Shown: positions 35,104 to 46,745, numbered from the stretch's first letter. The stretch is DNA of 64,000 nt from Azolla caroliniana (GCA_043228905.1 JBHGNT010000018.1:11160001-11224000); one strand, 5' to 3'. The notes: generated from the sequence alone by a model not told the origin. Program-made: numbers and translations.

Positions 35104-37866
35104 ATGATTATTAGTAAAGTAGTACAACCACTACACGTAGAGTTAATACTAATTAATTCCTACATTAATAGCAATTACTATTCTTTAGTCATAATGCATA
35201 AATTAATATCTTTAAAGCATATTTCTGTATCGTCTATGTCGCCAAAACAACAGAAACGAGTGCAGATATCGAAACAGTCTGAGCCTTCGTGCCCTAGTTC
35301 GCCCAAACTCTGTTTTTCTGATTTTCATCGCTACAGAAGCTGTGCAGATCTCCAACCGTCATCGACAAGTGATTCAGAACAAGCAAACACAAAAGTCATG
35401 CCGATCCCTGTGTCTGAAGAACTGCGATTATGGCTTCATGAGAGAAACTTACAAGGTTTCATCAAAATAGCAGAAGCGGAACCTCATCCGCAGGCGGAAG
35501 AATTGGTACAACAGTTAGACATCACCAAGGTCACCACAAAGAAAATACGAAATGCATTACAGATGCCAAGAGGAGGCTTTGAGGCAGTTAAAAAACCTTC
35601 AGCAGAAGCACTCCAATCGTATTTCGGGGAATACTCACCCTCGGCAAAAGCATATCAGACTTATGGAGGTCGAGATGAGTTTTTCCATGAAGTGGCTAGA
35701 TTTTTACTAGAGGTGGGATTTGTCAGTCCCCGTTTTTATTGTATGCCGAAAAAAAGGGCTGGGTTTATCATAGCCGCATACGAAAAAGAGGATTTCAACT
35801 GGCCACTATTGTCGGGGGAAGCTCTGAGAGAGCAGCTACAAGGGGTAAAAACAGGAAAACCAATGAAGCAAATTTTTGGTCGTTGGCTATCGGTATTGTT
35901 TCCGATTCAAGAATCGGAAACTCCTGTTCAGTCAAGAAGACCATCGATAGTACAAGCACCGCGAAGACACCGACAGGTAGTACATGAAGAATGGATAGAG
36001 GAAGAATCGGCACATGCCGATAATATACAAACGAATATGCCTCAGTCGGAACTACCAAGACCAGAGAATTCCGAAAACAGGCAACCAGCAGCCGAACAAG
36101 AAACAGTTGACAATTTGATAAACAAGCAACAGCCGACAGAAAATCGACAACAAGTAGAGAAGATGCGACAGAAGACAAGGATTAAACAAAAGGCTAATCG
36201 GCAATTCCAACCAGAAAACAGTGAGGGGTCAGCACCGAAAAGGCAACACACAAAGGAAAATTCGAATACGACTGTAGTAGCAGAAGTAATAAAACCAGGG
36301 AATGAGAGCGTTTCGACACAACCTCAACAAGGACAATCTTCAAAAGTAGCAATTCGGGAAGCACATGGGTACTTGGATATTCCACCAGTAGCACATGAAT
36401 TAGCTGCCATTTTACAGTTCGGAACTTCATACGAACTGGTTGAATGGTTGGCTAAAAGACTGACAGAAGTATCAGAACGGCTGGCTCAAGAACATAATGA
36501 CCGAATAATGATACAGAAAGCCTTACGAGGAGTGTTGGAACCTCAAGAAAAAGCAGAGATAGAGAAAATTGGCCGGAAAAGAAGTGCACAGAATAGAGGG
36601 GAGGCTATTGAAATGCCACCATTACATGAAGCACTAGTCGAAATTCATAAAGAATATGAAACGACACGCAAAGCAGCCAGTGATATGGCTGAAAGATACA
36701 AAAGTGTATCAGCATCGGCGGAGGTGCTGAAACATCAGTTTTGTAACATACAGGCAGAAAATAAAGAACTAAAAGAAAGTCTAAACAAATGGGAAACACA
36801 GGCACGGCTTATGGTGTCTGAGTCAGAATGGCAGCAGAAATTGGAGGACGCTGAGAAAGCACGTCAAGCAGAAACAACAAGGGCCAACAACGCTGTATTT
36901 CGAACTACAGAATTAGAAAAATAAATAGAAACCATTCAGAATGGTCAATACAAAGTTCTCGAAGAAAAAAATCAATTAATAAACGAATTACAGAAAAATC
37001 TAGAAGAAGCTAAGACGGCCAATCATACATATACCGAACAAATTGAAGAATTCAAAAGGTATATAGTGTCACAGGAAAGTCAATTGACAGAAAAAGAGCG
37101 GAGTCTTGAAGAAGTCAACAGAAGAATTACGGAACAGCAGGAGGAATGGAGCAAAGAGAAATCGGCATTCGAACAACAACTGGACGAAATTCGAAAGATA
37201 TCGGAACAAAGACGGCTGGACATATATGTAGTAGAATCCAAACTAATGCGAGCTGAAAGTGAAAACTGAGCCACTATTACGGATTTACAGAAAGAGTTGC
37301 AAACCGCCCAATACGTCGCAAGCATCACTAGGGACAAAGTGCAGCACATCATAGGGAAACATCGAAACCTAGCAAAGAAAATGATCGATGAATCCCTTGC
37401 GCAAGGATGGAAGTTATGGACGGCACAAGCGGCGGAATTACAGTTATTGCGTGCCGACAAAAATAACCGTCAGGTCCAAGGTGCAGGTTTTTTTAAAATG
37501 GCACAAAAGGATATTGACAATATCCAAGAGGATATCATGAAAGATATGGACGAAATTGCGGCATTTTACAGAGAAGAAATTCAACGTATTATGCAAGAAT
37601 TCGACAAAAATGATATAGGCACTTCCGTCCAGTTGGATAAAATCAAAGCCGAAAGAACCAGCAAGACTCCTGGTCTTCAAGCTCCCGGAAGAAGTGAACC
37701 AGAGCAGCCAACCGAATCACAACATTCAAAACCTGCTCCGAATGACAACTGTGACACAGATGAAGATGAAGAGGAAGAGGAAGATATAGGTGGAATACAT
37801 CCAAGGCCAGAAGAGCCTTCGATTTTTGATATTCTGAACGATTCGGATGAAGAGCTACAGGAATAG
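35104..37866 (+). pseudogene. Extra ORF of element E (about 820-920 codons depending on start), two premature stops; globular N-terminal domain, disordered linker, long coiled coil, acidic tail
   Basis: ORFs 35104-36924, 37066-37269 and 37297-37866 share a frame, broken only by TAA (36922) and TGA (37267), each one C-to-T change from CAA/CGA. Confidence 0.85.
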
Positions 37867-37910
37867 GCGTGGGTTCGCTGGACAAGGTCCTGGCCCACGG
37901 ACGTGCCAAG

Positions 37911-38367
37911 TGTTACCCGGACCCGGACAGTCAGTTTTACCGAACAAGTGGGAAAGCGTCGAAAACAGAGTCGGTTCGGATCGACTGTTCGGATCAATGA
38001 CTTAGCAGTAAACGAAGAGAACTAAGTTAGTTAGATAATTTTGTAATTCTTGATAGTAAGTAGGAATAGTTCTTGATGAGAAAAGACCTTCGGTATACCT
38101 ATAAAAGGGAACCGAAGGCATTGTAAGAAAGGTCGTTTTATTTAGTAATATAAGTTTAAGTTAGGAATATCCTGTACGAATTCTGTGTTCTTTCTATTGT
38201 CTATGTTCTTAAGTGCAAGTTTCCTAATTTATAACTAAGTAACGATCACGGTAATTACCGATTAATATAGTATAATTCCGTTCGTAAAACACAATTCCTT
38301 GTTAGAACGTTGAGTAGCGACGTTCACTCTTCTGTATCGGTAGTAGTTAGTAATTAGCCGATTAACA
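37911..38367 (+). repeat. 3' LTR of element E
   Basis: Near-identical to 28965-29422. Confidence 0.95.
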
Positions 38368-39779
38368 GTGGACAACCAAAACTCCGCCTGCTTCTTCCCA
38401 TCCGACGTGCTTGGGTTGCCGGCACCGGTCGGTTTCAGTCCGAACCGGGTCTCGTACCTCTGCGGGGGACCGATCCCTCTGGCCTTTCCTGCCCGTTTAT
38501 CTTCCACTAGAACCTCGTAGTTCTGGCAAGCGCTTCTACGAAGCCCGTTTTCTCTTCGACCTAATCGTCCCATCTGGTGACCACCTGGACCCGCTATTCC
38601 GCGCGGTCCGCCTCTTCCTTCTTCAGCCGAACTCTGGAGAGGCCTTCTAGCACCAGCGGCCAGAATCCGGAGTCCTTCGCCTTCCGGGTCTCATCACCCC
38701 TGACCCGAATTCCTCCCGAAACTGAGTAGTTAACGGCTTCTACATGTCGTGCCGCGGCTTCTTCCATCAACTTCTTCATTCCGCCGTGCCTTGTATTCAG
38801 TTCCAGGGCTCTCCAGGTCTCGCTTGCGTGCACCCGCCCGTTCCAGAGGTACACCACGTTGGTGCTGAGTGCGTCGGCGAAATCCGCGCAATCCTTCCGA
38901 ATTTGACCGATCGCGTCACACCACATGCACCGCTGCCCAGTCGGCGGCCTCCGGTCGCGAGGTTGTTCGCCGCTGTCTCTCCGTGCTTGTGCGATCTGCA
39001 GGTCGTGCACCATCTGTGTCGGCTCCTCCAGATGGGCCTTTGACCACATCGTTCAATGCCGACCCCGACTCCAGCCAAATTCGGGTCTCTTCCTTCCTAC
39101 CAGCTGGCACCAATACCGGCTCCTCGAGCCTCCTCGTCGGGACTGGTCCTGATTCCAATGAGCTTTCGTCTCTCCACTCGCGCCATTTGTCGAAACGGCT
39201 ACAGACCCGTTTTACCACGGCCCAGTCTGCTGTGAGCCCTTCGTCCGTCTCCAATAGGGGACCCACCTTTTCCCTGTCGAGCGTGTCCACCGACTTGACA
39301 AACAGTAGTACTCGACTCGTTTCGAGCACGGTCCGGTCCAGCGTCGACAGTCGCGCGAATCATTTTTTGAACTCCTGGAGAAGCGCCGACGTGTTCCTCC
39401 CTTTTCCGGGGCTTTCCACCCACACCATGAAGTCCCGCCTGGACAGCCGAAGTGAGTCATCAAACCCGTACTTCTCGAGGAGCTGCAGCTCAAACTCCTC
39501 CCAAGTCTGGCATCCGGCCAACACCTCGAGCACCTCCGCGTGGATGCTCGGCGTCACCACCCGAGGGAATCTGGACAACCGCTTGTCCACCAGGATATCC
39601 CGCATGATCATTTCGGCCCGGTAAGCCTCCAAATAACTTGTGGGATTCTTCCCACCGAATCGGCCTATGCTGTCGACGATCGATTCAATGGCTCTGTCGA
39701 GGGTACCCGTCCCCTCGCGAGCCCTCACCAGCCGGTCGACGGCTACCGCCATTGCCTCTGCTAGCTTCGATCCCCTCAT
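38368..39779 (-). pseudogene. gag: gag of gypsy A, 5' part
   Basis: MRGSKLAEAM...FGGKNPTSYLEAYRAEM; CMWCDAIGQIRKDC; several stops and frameshifts. Confidence 0.88.
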
Positions 39780-39801
39780 CTTCTGACTCCTTTGCCGCCT
39801 G

Positions 39802-39819
39802 TTCACGTCGGGTTCACCA
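39802..39819 (-). promoter_or_regulatory. Primer binding site, tRNA-Trp (copy A)
   Basis: TGGTGAACCCGACGTGAA on the minus strand. Confidence 0.9.
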
Positions 39820-39823
39820 ATGA

Positions 39824-40439
39824 TGTCGCGAAGTTTCGCGTTCGTGTGTAGGAAGAGGCGAGACCGGGTCTTGGACCAAGGAGAGAGTTAGAGAGAGAGA
39901 GAGAGAGTTGCAGATACACAGAAGGAAAACAAGAGCAAGAAACAGGAATCCGATTACTATAATCAATAGCTTACAAATCGAACGGTTACAACCGGCAAAC
40001 CGATAATGGACTTGACACAGGGTCCTACTCACGCACACAGACGACAGCCACTCGACTCAAAGAAACAAAGGGGGGGGGGAGAGCCTCTGCTGGAAGCACA
40101 TGGGCTGTCCACGAAGTAGAGGCAGCAAACTCCCAGCACCCACAGAGAATGATGGTCGGAGGAGAGAGAGCTTGACACTCGGTTTTGCAGCAGCACTTCC
40201 TCCTCGCCAATGTGCGATCCCTTTTTCTCCCTTCTCTCCCTCCTTAAATAGTCTATTCCCTGCCCCCTCTCCATAGAGATACGCACAAAATCCCTAATAG
40301 ATGTGTACTACCTAGTATTTACATCAACCGATCTAGTTATGAATCATGTACAAAATATCAATTCTCGCGTCCTCCCATGTAAGAGCCGGTTCATGCGCCT
40401 TTTCTCCGATTCCGCCTATGGCCGGGTTTCTTCACGACA
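39824..40439 (-). repeat. 5' LTR of gypsy A
   Basis: Matches 4111-4728. Confidence 0.92.
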
Positions 40440-40477
40440 GCATGTTAAGGATAATGGTTATAAAATTAATGAAACCT
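40440..40477 (-). pseudogene. cox1: NUMT: cox1 fragment, 5' part
   Basis: Minus strand reads GFINFITIILNM (COX1 GSINFITTIFNM) and continues in frame at 4110 across the TSD. Confidence 0.9.
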
Positions 40478-41966
40478 CCTCTTATGTGTTGGGAAACAAG
40501 TCCCTCCGGATGGGAAGAGAAGAACCGATTTGGTGAGTAACTCAGCTGAGGCCGAAACCGAAATCGAGGACACAAGGGTAATTTGGCCGAGGCCGAAATC
40601 AAAATCAAAATCGAAAACCGAAATAGTTTCGGAACTATAATTGTAAATAGTCTAAAATGCCTCTTTGGGGGCTATACTTGTAAATAGCCAGAAAGTTGCT
40701 TTTATTTATAAGCACTTAGGGCAAACTTTAGGTAATGAGCAGTTGATCATTATTGTAAAAAAGTTAGAATGACGGAGTTGCCTCTGAAACTGTGAGTGAG
40801 AGAGTGAGAGTGTAACTTTGTAACCGTCTGTCAGACGAAGGAGAACTTGAGGTCGTTGCCTCCGAGTTCCGTATTTGTACTTTCTCTCTACCATAATGAT
40901 CTATTTTTCTCTACCATAGTTCTTGATTTCTGCACACGAATACGAACATGTAACCGGTTGTGGCCTGTCGATTCCTAACAAAGTGGTATCAGAGCAATGG
41001 ACGTCTCCTTTGGCGGCATGTTTAAGCTAACTGACATGCTCGTGTGCAAAGACCTCTGGTTGTCGGAGCAGTTTGAACATAAAAGACCAGACAAGATCGA
41101 TGCAGGGACTTGAGAAGTGTTGCATTTGAAGGCAGCCACATATATAAGGTGTTTTATAGACATGAGTCTATACAACAACTTCGGCGAAGAAACAGAAGAG
41201 GAAGTCCTATGGAAGAAGATCAACGTCATGTTCGAAAACAAGAACGCCTTGAATTGAGTCTCAGTATTTCGAAAAATCGTGAAACTCCGGTATCAGGATG
41301 GCTCCAGTATGACGGAGCACATCAATGCCTTCCAAGGATTGATGAACCAAACCACCTCCTTAGAAGTACCTCTAGCTGACAAGGTATTAGCACTGTTGTT
41401 GCTGGGATCCCTTTCGAATAGTTGGGAAATATTGGTTGTCACGTTGGGCAATGTGGGACAGGAAGGTAAACACCTATCCCTAGAGTAGGTGAAGTCAAGC
41501 TTGCTAAACGAAGAAGCTCGTCGAAAGAACCGAGAGTCCAATACTGACTAGAAGGCCTTACTCACAGAAGGTGACACGGTTCAAGGAAGAAGCCGAAATC
41601 GAAGTTCCTAGAACCGAGATAAGTCGGGAACCAGGTCGAAGTCGAGGGGGAGACCCACGTGCTTCTATTGTGGGAAGCCGAGGCACTTCAAGAAAAACTG
41701 CCGACACTTACGAAAGGAGAAAGGGGGAGCTGATGGTGGAGAGCCGAAGAAAATCCTGGATAGGAAGAACACCTCAACAATCTCCGTGAGTGAGGAGGAG
41801 TTGTTGCTCATCAGTGAGCAAAACGAAGTGAATCTCGTTGGCGAAGAATCAACATGGGTGGTTGATTCAGGTGTGTCGTTTCACCTAACCCTTGACCAAA
41901 AGTGCTTCTCATCCTACAGAGCCAGAGACCTCAGATCTGTAAAGTTGGGAAATGAAGGAGCATGTT

Positions 41967-42285
41967 GACTCATGTTGAGAGATGTATGACACGTTTCGAA
42001 GGTTCGATTGAACCTAATATCAATCAGTCGGCTAGATGATGAAGGCTACACAGGTAGCATCCGGAATGGTGTCATGAAGTTTTGCCGAGGAAGCTTGATC
42101 GTGGCTCGAGCTCAGGCTTCCTTGACAGAACTTCATGACACCGTTCCGGATGCTACCCGTGTAGCCTTCATCATGTAGCCGACCGACTGATATTAGGTTC
42201 AATCGAACCTTCAGAACGTGTCATACATATCTCAACAAGAGTCTGCACCCGATTGAGGTTTCCAAACACACATCTCCAATGCCGA
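41967..42285. repeat. Fold-back inverted duplication inside copia F
   Basis: 41967-42098 is the reverse complement of 42112-42243, with a 13-nt spacer. Confidence 0.9.
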
Positions 42286-43210
42286 GGGGAAGCAAACGTG
42301 GCAGCCGACATAGTTGGTGAATTATGGCATAGGAGGTTGTGCCATATGAGCTGGAAGGGGATGCGAAAGCTTGCCAACGACAACCTCATTCCAGAGGTGA
42401 AGAATGTGCAACTTGAGGAGTGCACTGATTGCTTGTCCGGCAAGTAGAATCGAACATCCTTCCGAGCAAGGCCCCCGATGAGGAAGAAAATGCCACTGGA
42501 ACTCGTGCATCTATACATATGCTATGTGGACATGAAGTCGCATGGTGGTTCACAGTATTTCGTGACCTTCATTGATGACTGTAGCCGGAAGTTGTGGGCT
42601 TCCGTGCTGAAGATGAAGGATCAAGTGTCATCCATCTTCAAAGAGTTCCAAGCGATGACCGAGAGAGAAATCGGCCGAAATCTGAAGGCAGTCCGAGCGG
42701 ACAATGGCGGAGAGTACCATGGACCGTTCAAGGAATATTGCCAAAATCAAGGAATGCGGCTCGAGTATACCGTGCCGAAGACACCAGAGCTTAATGGGTT
42801 GGCCGAGAGAATGAACCAGAGTCCGAAGTATGCTTGCACATGCTAAGTTACTGAAGACATTCTGGGCTAAGGAGCTGATGACGGCAACGTACGTGATAAA
42901 CTGATCACCCTCAGTACCCTTGGACAATGATATCCCACAAAGGGTGTGGAGAAGTAAAGACATTTCGTACCGACATCTGAGGGTGTTCGGTTGTCTTGCC
43001 TATGTGCATGTGGCAAAAGACCAAAGGGGAAAATTAGACCCAAAATCTCGGCCAGGGATATTTCTCGGCTATAGTAAGGATGAATTTGGATATCAACTCT
43101 AGGACTTAGCTGAGAAGAAAGTGATTAGCCGAGGGGAAATGGCCGAACAAGGAACCAAATTAGACTCCCGCCAAAGAAGTCGAAGAAGAACCAATCGTGT
43201 TGAATGTCGA

Positions 43211-43310
43211 NNNNNNNNNNNNNNNNNNNNNNNNNNNNNNNNNNNNNNNNNNNNNNNNNNNNNNNNNNNNNNNNNNNNNNNNNNNNNNNNNNNNNNNNNN
43301 NNNNNNNNNN
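43211..43310. other. Assembly gap (100 N)
   Basis: Run of N; most of the RT N-terminal half of copia F is missing here. Confidence 1.
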
Positions 43311-44479
43311 ATATGTGAACGACATGCTAATTGTTGGATGAGACCATACGAAGATCCAAGTGTTGAAGAGGCCTTGAGCAGATCGTTCTCGATGAAGGAT
43401 ATGGGTCCGGTAAAGCAAATCCTGGGGATGCACGTTGTTCAGAATCGAACAAAGAAATTGTTGTGGTTGTCACACGAAAAATACGTGACAATGGTGCTCC
43501 AGAGATTCGACATGGAAAGCGTGAAACCGGTCGGCTCAACACTACTGACGAACTGCAAACTAAGCAAAGAACAATATCCGAAATTGAGAACCGAGAAGGC
43601 CAAGATGTCAAAAGTCCCTTATGCCTCGGTAGTCGGAAGCATGATGTACGCAATGGTATGTACCAGGCCGGACATAGGATACGCAATCAATGTGGTTAGC
43701 CGATATATGAGCAACCCCGGAAGAGAGCATTGGGTTGTCGTGAAGTGGATACTTCGGTACCTAAAAGGCACCTCGAACGTGTGTCTTCGTTTCGGTTTGG
43801 GTAACCCCACACTGGAAGGTTATATTGACTTGGACATGTCGGCTGATGTGGATACCAACCGATCCACGTCCGAGTACGTAATGACTTATGCAGGGGGAGC
43901 TGTTTTGTGGCAGTCGAGGCTGCAAAAGGCCATGGTGCTGTTGACCACGAAAGCCGAATATATGGCTGCAGCGGAATCCGGCAAGGAAATCATATGGATG
44001 AAAGAGTTTATCAATGAATTGGGAATTCGGCAAGAGGAATTCCAACTCCATTGCGATAACCAGAGTGCCATCCATGTTACAAAAAATGCTGCCTACCACT
44101 CGAGGACCAAACACATCCAGAGAAGATATCATTGGCTCCGAGAGCGAGTAGAAGAAAAGGAGTTTGCTCTAGTGAAGATCCACATGGCCAAAACTGGATC
44201 GGATATGCTGACGAAGGTGATGTCAGCCAAAAAGCTAAACGTGTGCCAACAAAGAGTCGGTTTGTGAAGTACCCCATCTCAGAGTGAAGGGGGAGTTTGT
44301 TGGGAAATAGGTCCCTCTGGATGGGAAGAGAAGAACTGATTTGGTGAGTAACTCAACCAAGGCCGATAGGCTAAGGCCGAAACCGAAATCGAGGACACAA
44401 GGGTAATCCGAACATTAGTTCTTGATTTCTACACACGAATACGAATGTGTAACTGGTTGTGGCCGGTCGATTCCTAACA

Positions 44480-46745
44480 TTATGCCATAACTCTCCACTC
44501 GAGTCAACTGCTACATTCACTTTCGACTTGCATAGTCGGGCATGCATCATATATAATGTGCCTTCTTTTTGTGCTCGGGCCACTATGAGGTTTCCTTGAC
44601 AGAATGTCCACTTGTTGTTTTGAAAGCTACCACTATAGCCTTCATCATCCAACCTTCTAGTCGAAAGCAGATTCAATCTGATATCGGGGACATGTTGAAC
44701 TTCCCTCAGAGTCAGTCGAAAACCTATCGACGTCATCATGCTTACACTTCCAATGCCGGCTATCTTGCACTCACCATTATCTCCCATCTTTACATAGCCA
44801 TGGTCCCCGGCTATGTAAGTCAAGAAGCACTCTCTCGATGGAGTTATATGGAAAGATGCACCTGAATCGATTATCTAGGTGCACTCTTCACTTGCAAGAT
44901 TTGTGCTTGCTTGCTCACAAATGAACAAGATCTCCTCTACACTTGTAGCCACAATCGATGTGCCCTTTTCATCAGGAATCTTCCTGGGTTCGACATTATT
45001 ACCGACACTCTTGTCCTTCTTGAGGTGTCGATAGTCCTTCTGGAAGTGTCCAAGCTTTCCACAATAAAAGCATGCCAGCTTACCTCTGGACTTGGACCTA
45101 GCTTGGGATTTGTCCCTTCTTTGCTGGTTCCTTCCTCTGTCGGTATGTTGTGTCAAGTTTGACTCAACATACCGACAGAAGAAGGAACCATTACCTCTGG
45201 ACTTGGACCTAGCTTGGGATTTGTCCCTTCTTTGTGGACTTCTTTTCCGGTTCCTTCCTCTATTGGTATGTTGTGTCAAGTTTGACTCAACATACCGACA
45301 GAGGAAGGAACTGTTACCTCTGGACTTGGACCTAGCTTGGGATTTGTCCCTTCTTTGTGGACTTCTTTGCCGGTTCCTTCCTCTATCGGTATGTTGAGTC
45401 AAGTTTGACTCCGACTGGGACTGGACACCCTTGTCCTTCTTTGTTGTCTCCTCCTTCAAGATACTTGTCTTTACCGCTTGTAGAGACAATTTTTCTTCTT
45501 GACACGAGGTGCTGAGAGTCACCACTAGATTCTCCTAGCCGTCTGGCAGGGTACACAGTAACAGGATGGCCTGCATTGCATCTTCAAGAGGAAACATGGT
45601 TGCAACAAGTTGGTTCACATACCCATGAATGTGCTTACATGCTCCACTATGCTTTCTCCATCCCTGTACTTCAACCTCGCAATCTTTCTCATCAGAGATG
45701 TTTTGTTGAGGGCGTTCTTGCTGTCATATAAACTTGATAGCTTTTGCCACATCTCGTAGGCATTTGTGTCGTTCGCCACATGCTGAAGGACACTTACATC
45801 CACGCACTGTCTAATGGTGGCCACCGCCTTTCTGTTAAGAAGTTTCCATTCAGACTCTAATACCCCCGTGGTTATTTCTGCTATGTCGATTGGCTCGTAC
45901 ATGTCTTTCACTATGAGAAGGTCTTCCATCTTTATCTTCCAGTCTACATAGTTCTGAGAGTTTAGAACAAACATACCTGGGAAGCCACTCAAACCTCCTT
46001 CCATGCTTGCACCTCAAGCTTTGATACCAGATTGTTGGGGTTCGTTCCCTATGATTTGTGAGAAAGACCGATTAGGAAAAACACAATGTCGCAGAAAGAC
46101 AGAAAACAACAAATGCACGGTACACAATGATTTACATGGAAAACTGTAAATAAGAAAAAAAAAACCCACGGGAACAGAGATATTCCATTGTACAACGGAA
46201 ATACAAGAGGAGACAAAAGAACAACACTCTCCAAGTAGAGTGTATCAGCCACGTAGGGCTCTTGGTGTCTAATCTCACTCAACTATGGCGCCACTCACTC
46301 TCTCTTCTTTGTCACACTCACCAACAGAGACTCACCGGCACTTCGTTCTCCACTGTCTATTCTACACACTAGGTTTTGCCCTAAGTGTATTTATACTTAT
46401 ACATTGAATGGGTTATTTAAAAGTGTGGCCTCTACTACTTACGTTCCTATTATTAAACTAATAGCAATAACAAATAATGCGTCCACTGGTCGACTAGTCG
46501 ATTCGATTAGCCGACTCTTATGTTGATTGTCCAATTGGCCTAACTAGTCGGCCTTGTCTTTGACCTGGATCATCTATTGTCGGCTCTTCATGTCGACTCC
46601 CTTTAAGTAGACTCACCCAATCGACTCTCGATGACATCAACTGTCGGCTCTCGGCCTGACCAGTTGGTTACTCATTGTCCTCGACTATCGACTCTTACTT
46701 AGTCGAATAGTCGGCTCCTCCCATAGGAGGGACATACTATGAACA
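44480..46745 (-). mobile_element. Ty1/copia element G, 5' part (LTR 46033-46745, iMet PBS, gag, protease)
   Basis: TGGTATCAAAGC PBS; MEGGLSGFPGMFVLNSQNYVDWKIKMEDLL gag; CFYCGKLGHFQKD. GELWH continues as HKR at 40478-40486 and LGHMSEKG at 3806. Confidence 0.88.
45085..45415. repeat. Tandem triplication (~114-123 bp units) with embedded palindromes in copia G gag
   Basis: ESNLTQHTDRGRN...SQARSKSRG occurs three times; ~63-bp palindromes at 45126-45189 and 45249-45311. Confidence 0.85.

Larger units (their letters stand above)
28965..38367 (+). mobile_element. Full-length Ty3/gypsy element E (non-chromovirus, Athila/Tat-like) with an extra ORF downstream of pol
   Basis: LTRs 28965-29422 and 37911-38367 (about 4 substitutions and 1 indel), TSD GTGGT/GTGGA, tRNA-Arg-type PBS, intact Gag-Pol. 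Confidence 0.95.
4111..40439 (-). mobile_element. Ty3/gypsy copy A (tRNA-Trp family), outer element of a 36-kb nest containing H, B (with C and a solo LTR), D and E
   Basis: Matching LTRs 4111-4728 and 39824-40439, TSD GCGT/GCAT, PBS 39802-39819, G-rich PPT 4729-4745. The coding fragments join when the nested inserts are removed. Confidence 0.92.
40487..44479 (+). mobile_element. Ty1/copia element F (Tnt1/Tork-like), degenerate, inserted in copia G
   Basis: 5' LTR 40487-40980, PBS TGGTATCAGAGC 40984-40995, PPT AGAGTGAAGGGGGAG, internally deleted 3' LTR 44298-44479, perfect TSD TTATG. Confidence 0.9.

Noticed and set aside
35104-37866. Retroviral-type env gene or captured host SMC/myosin gene
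   Set aside because: No clear transmembrane or signal segment and no ATPase motifs; coiled-coil similarity would be non-specific.
43121-43433. ORFs spanning the N run
   Set aside because: Artefacts of the assembly gap; the true length is unknown.
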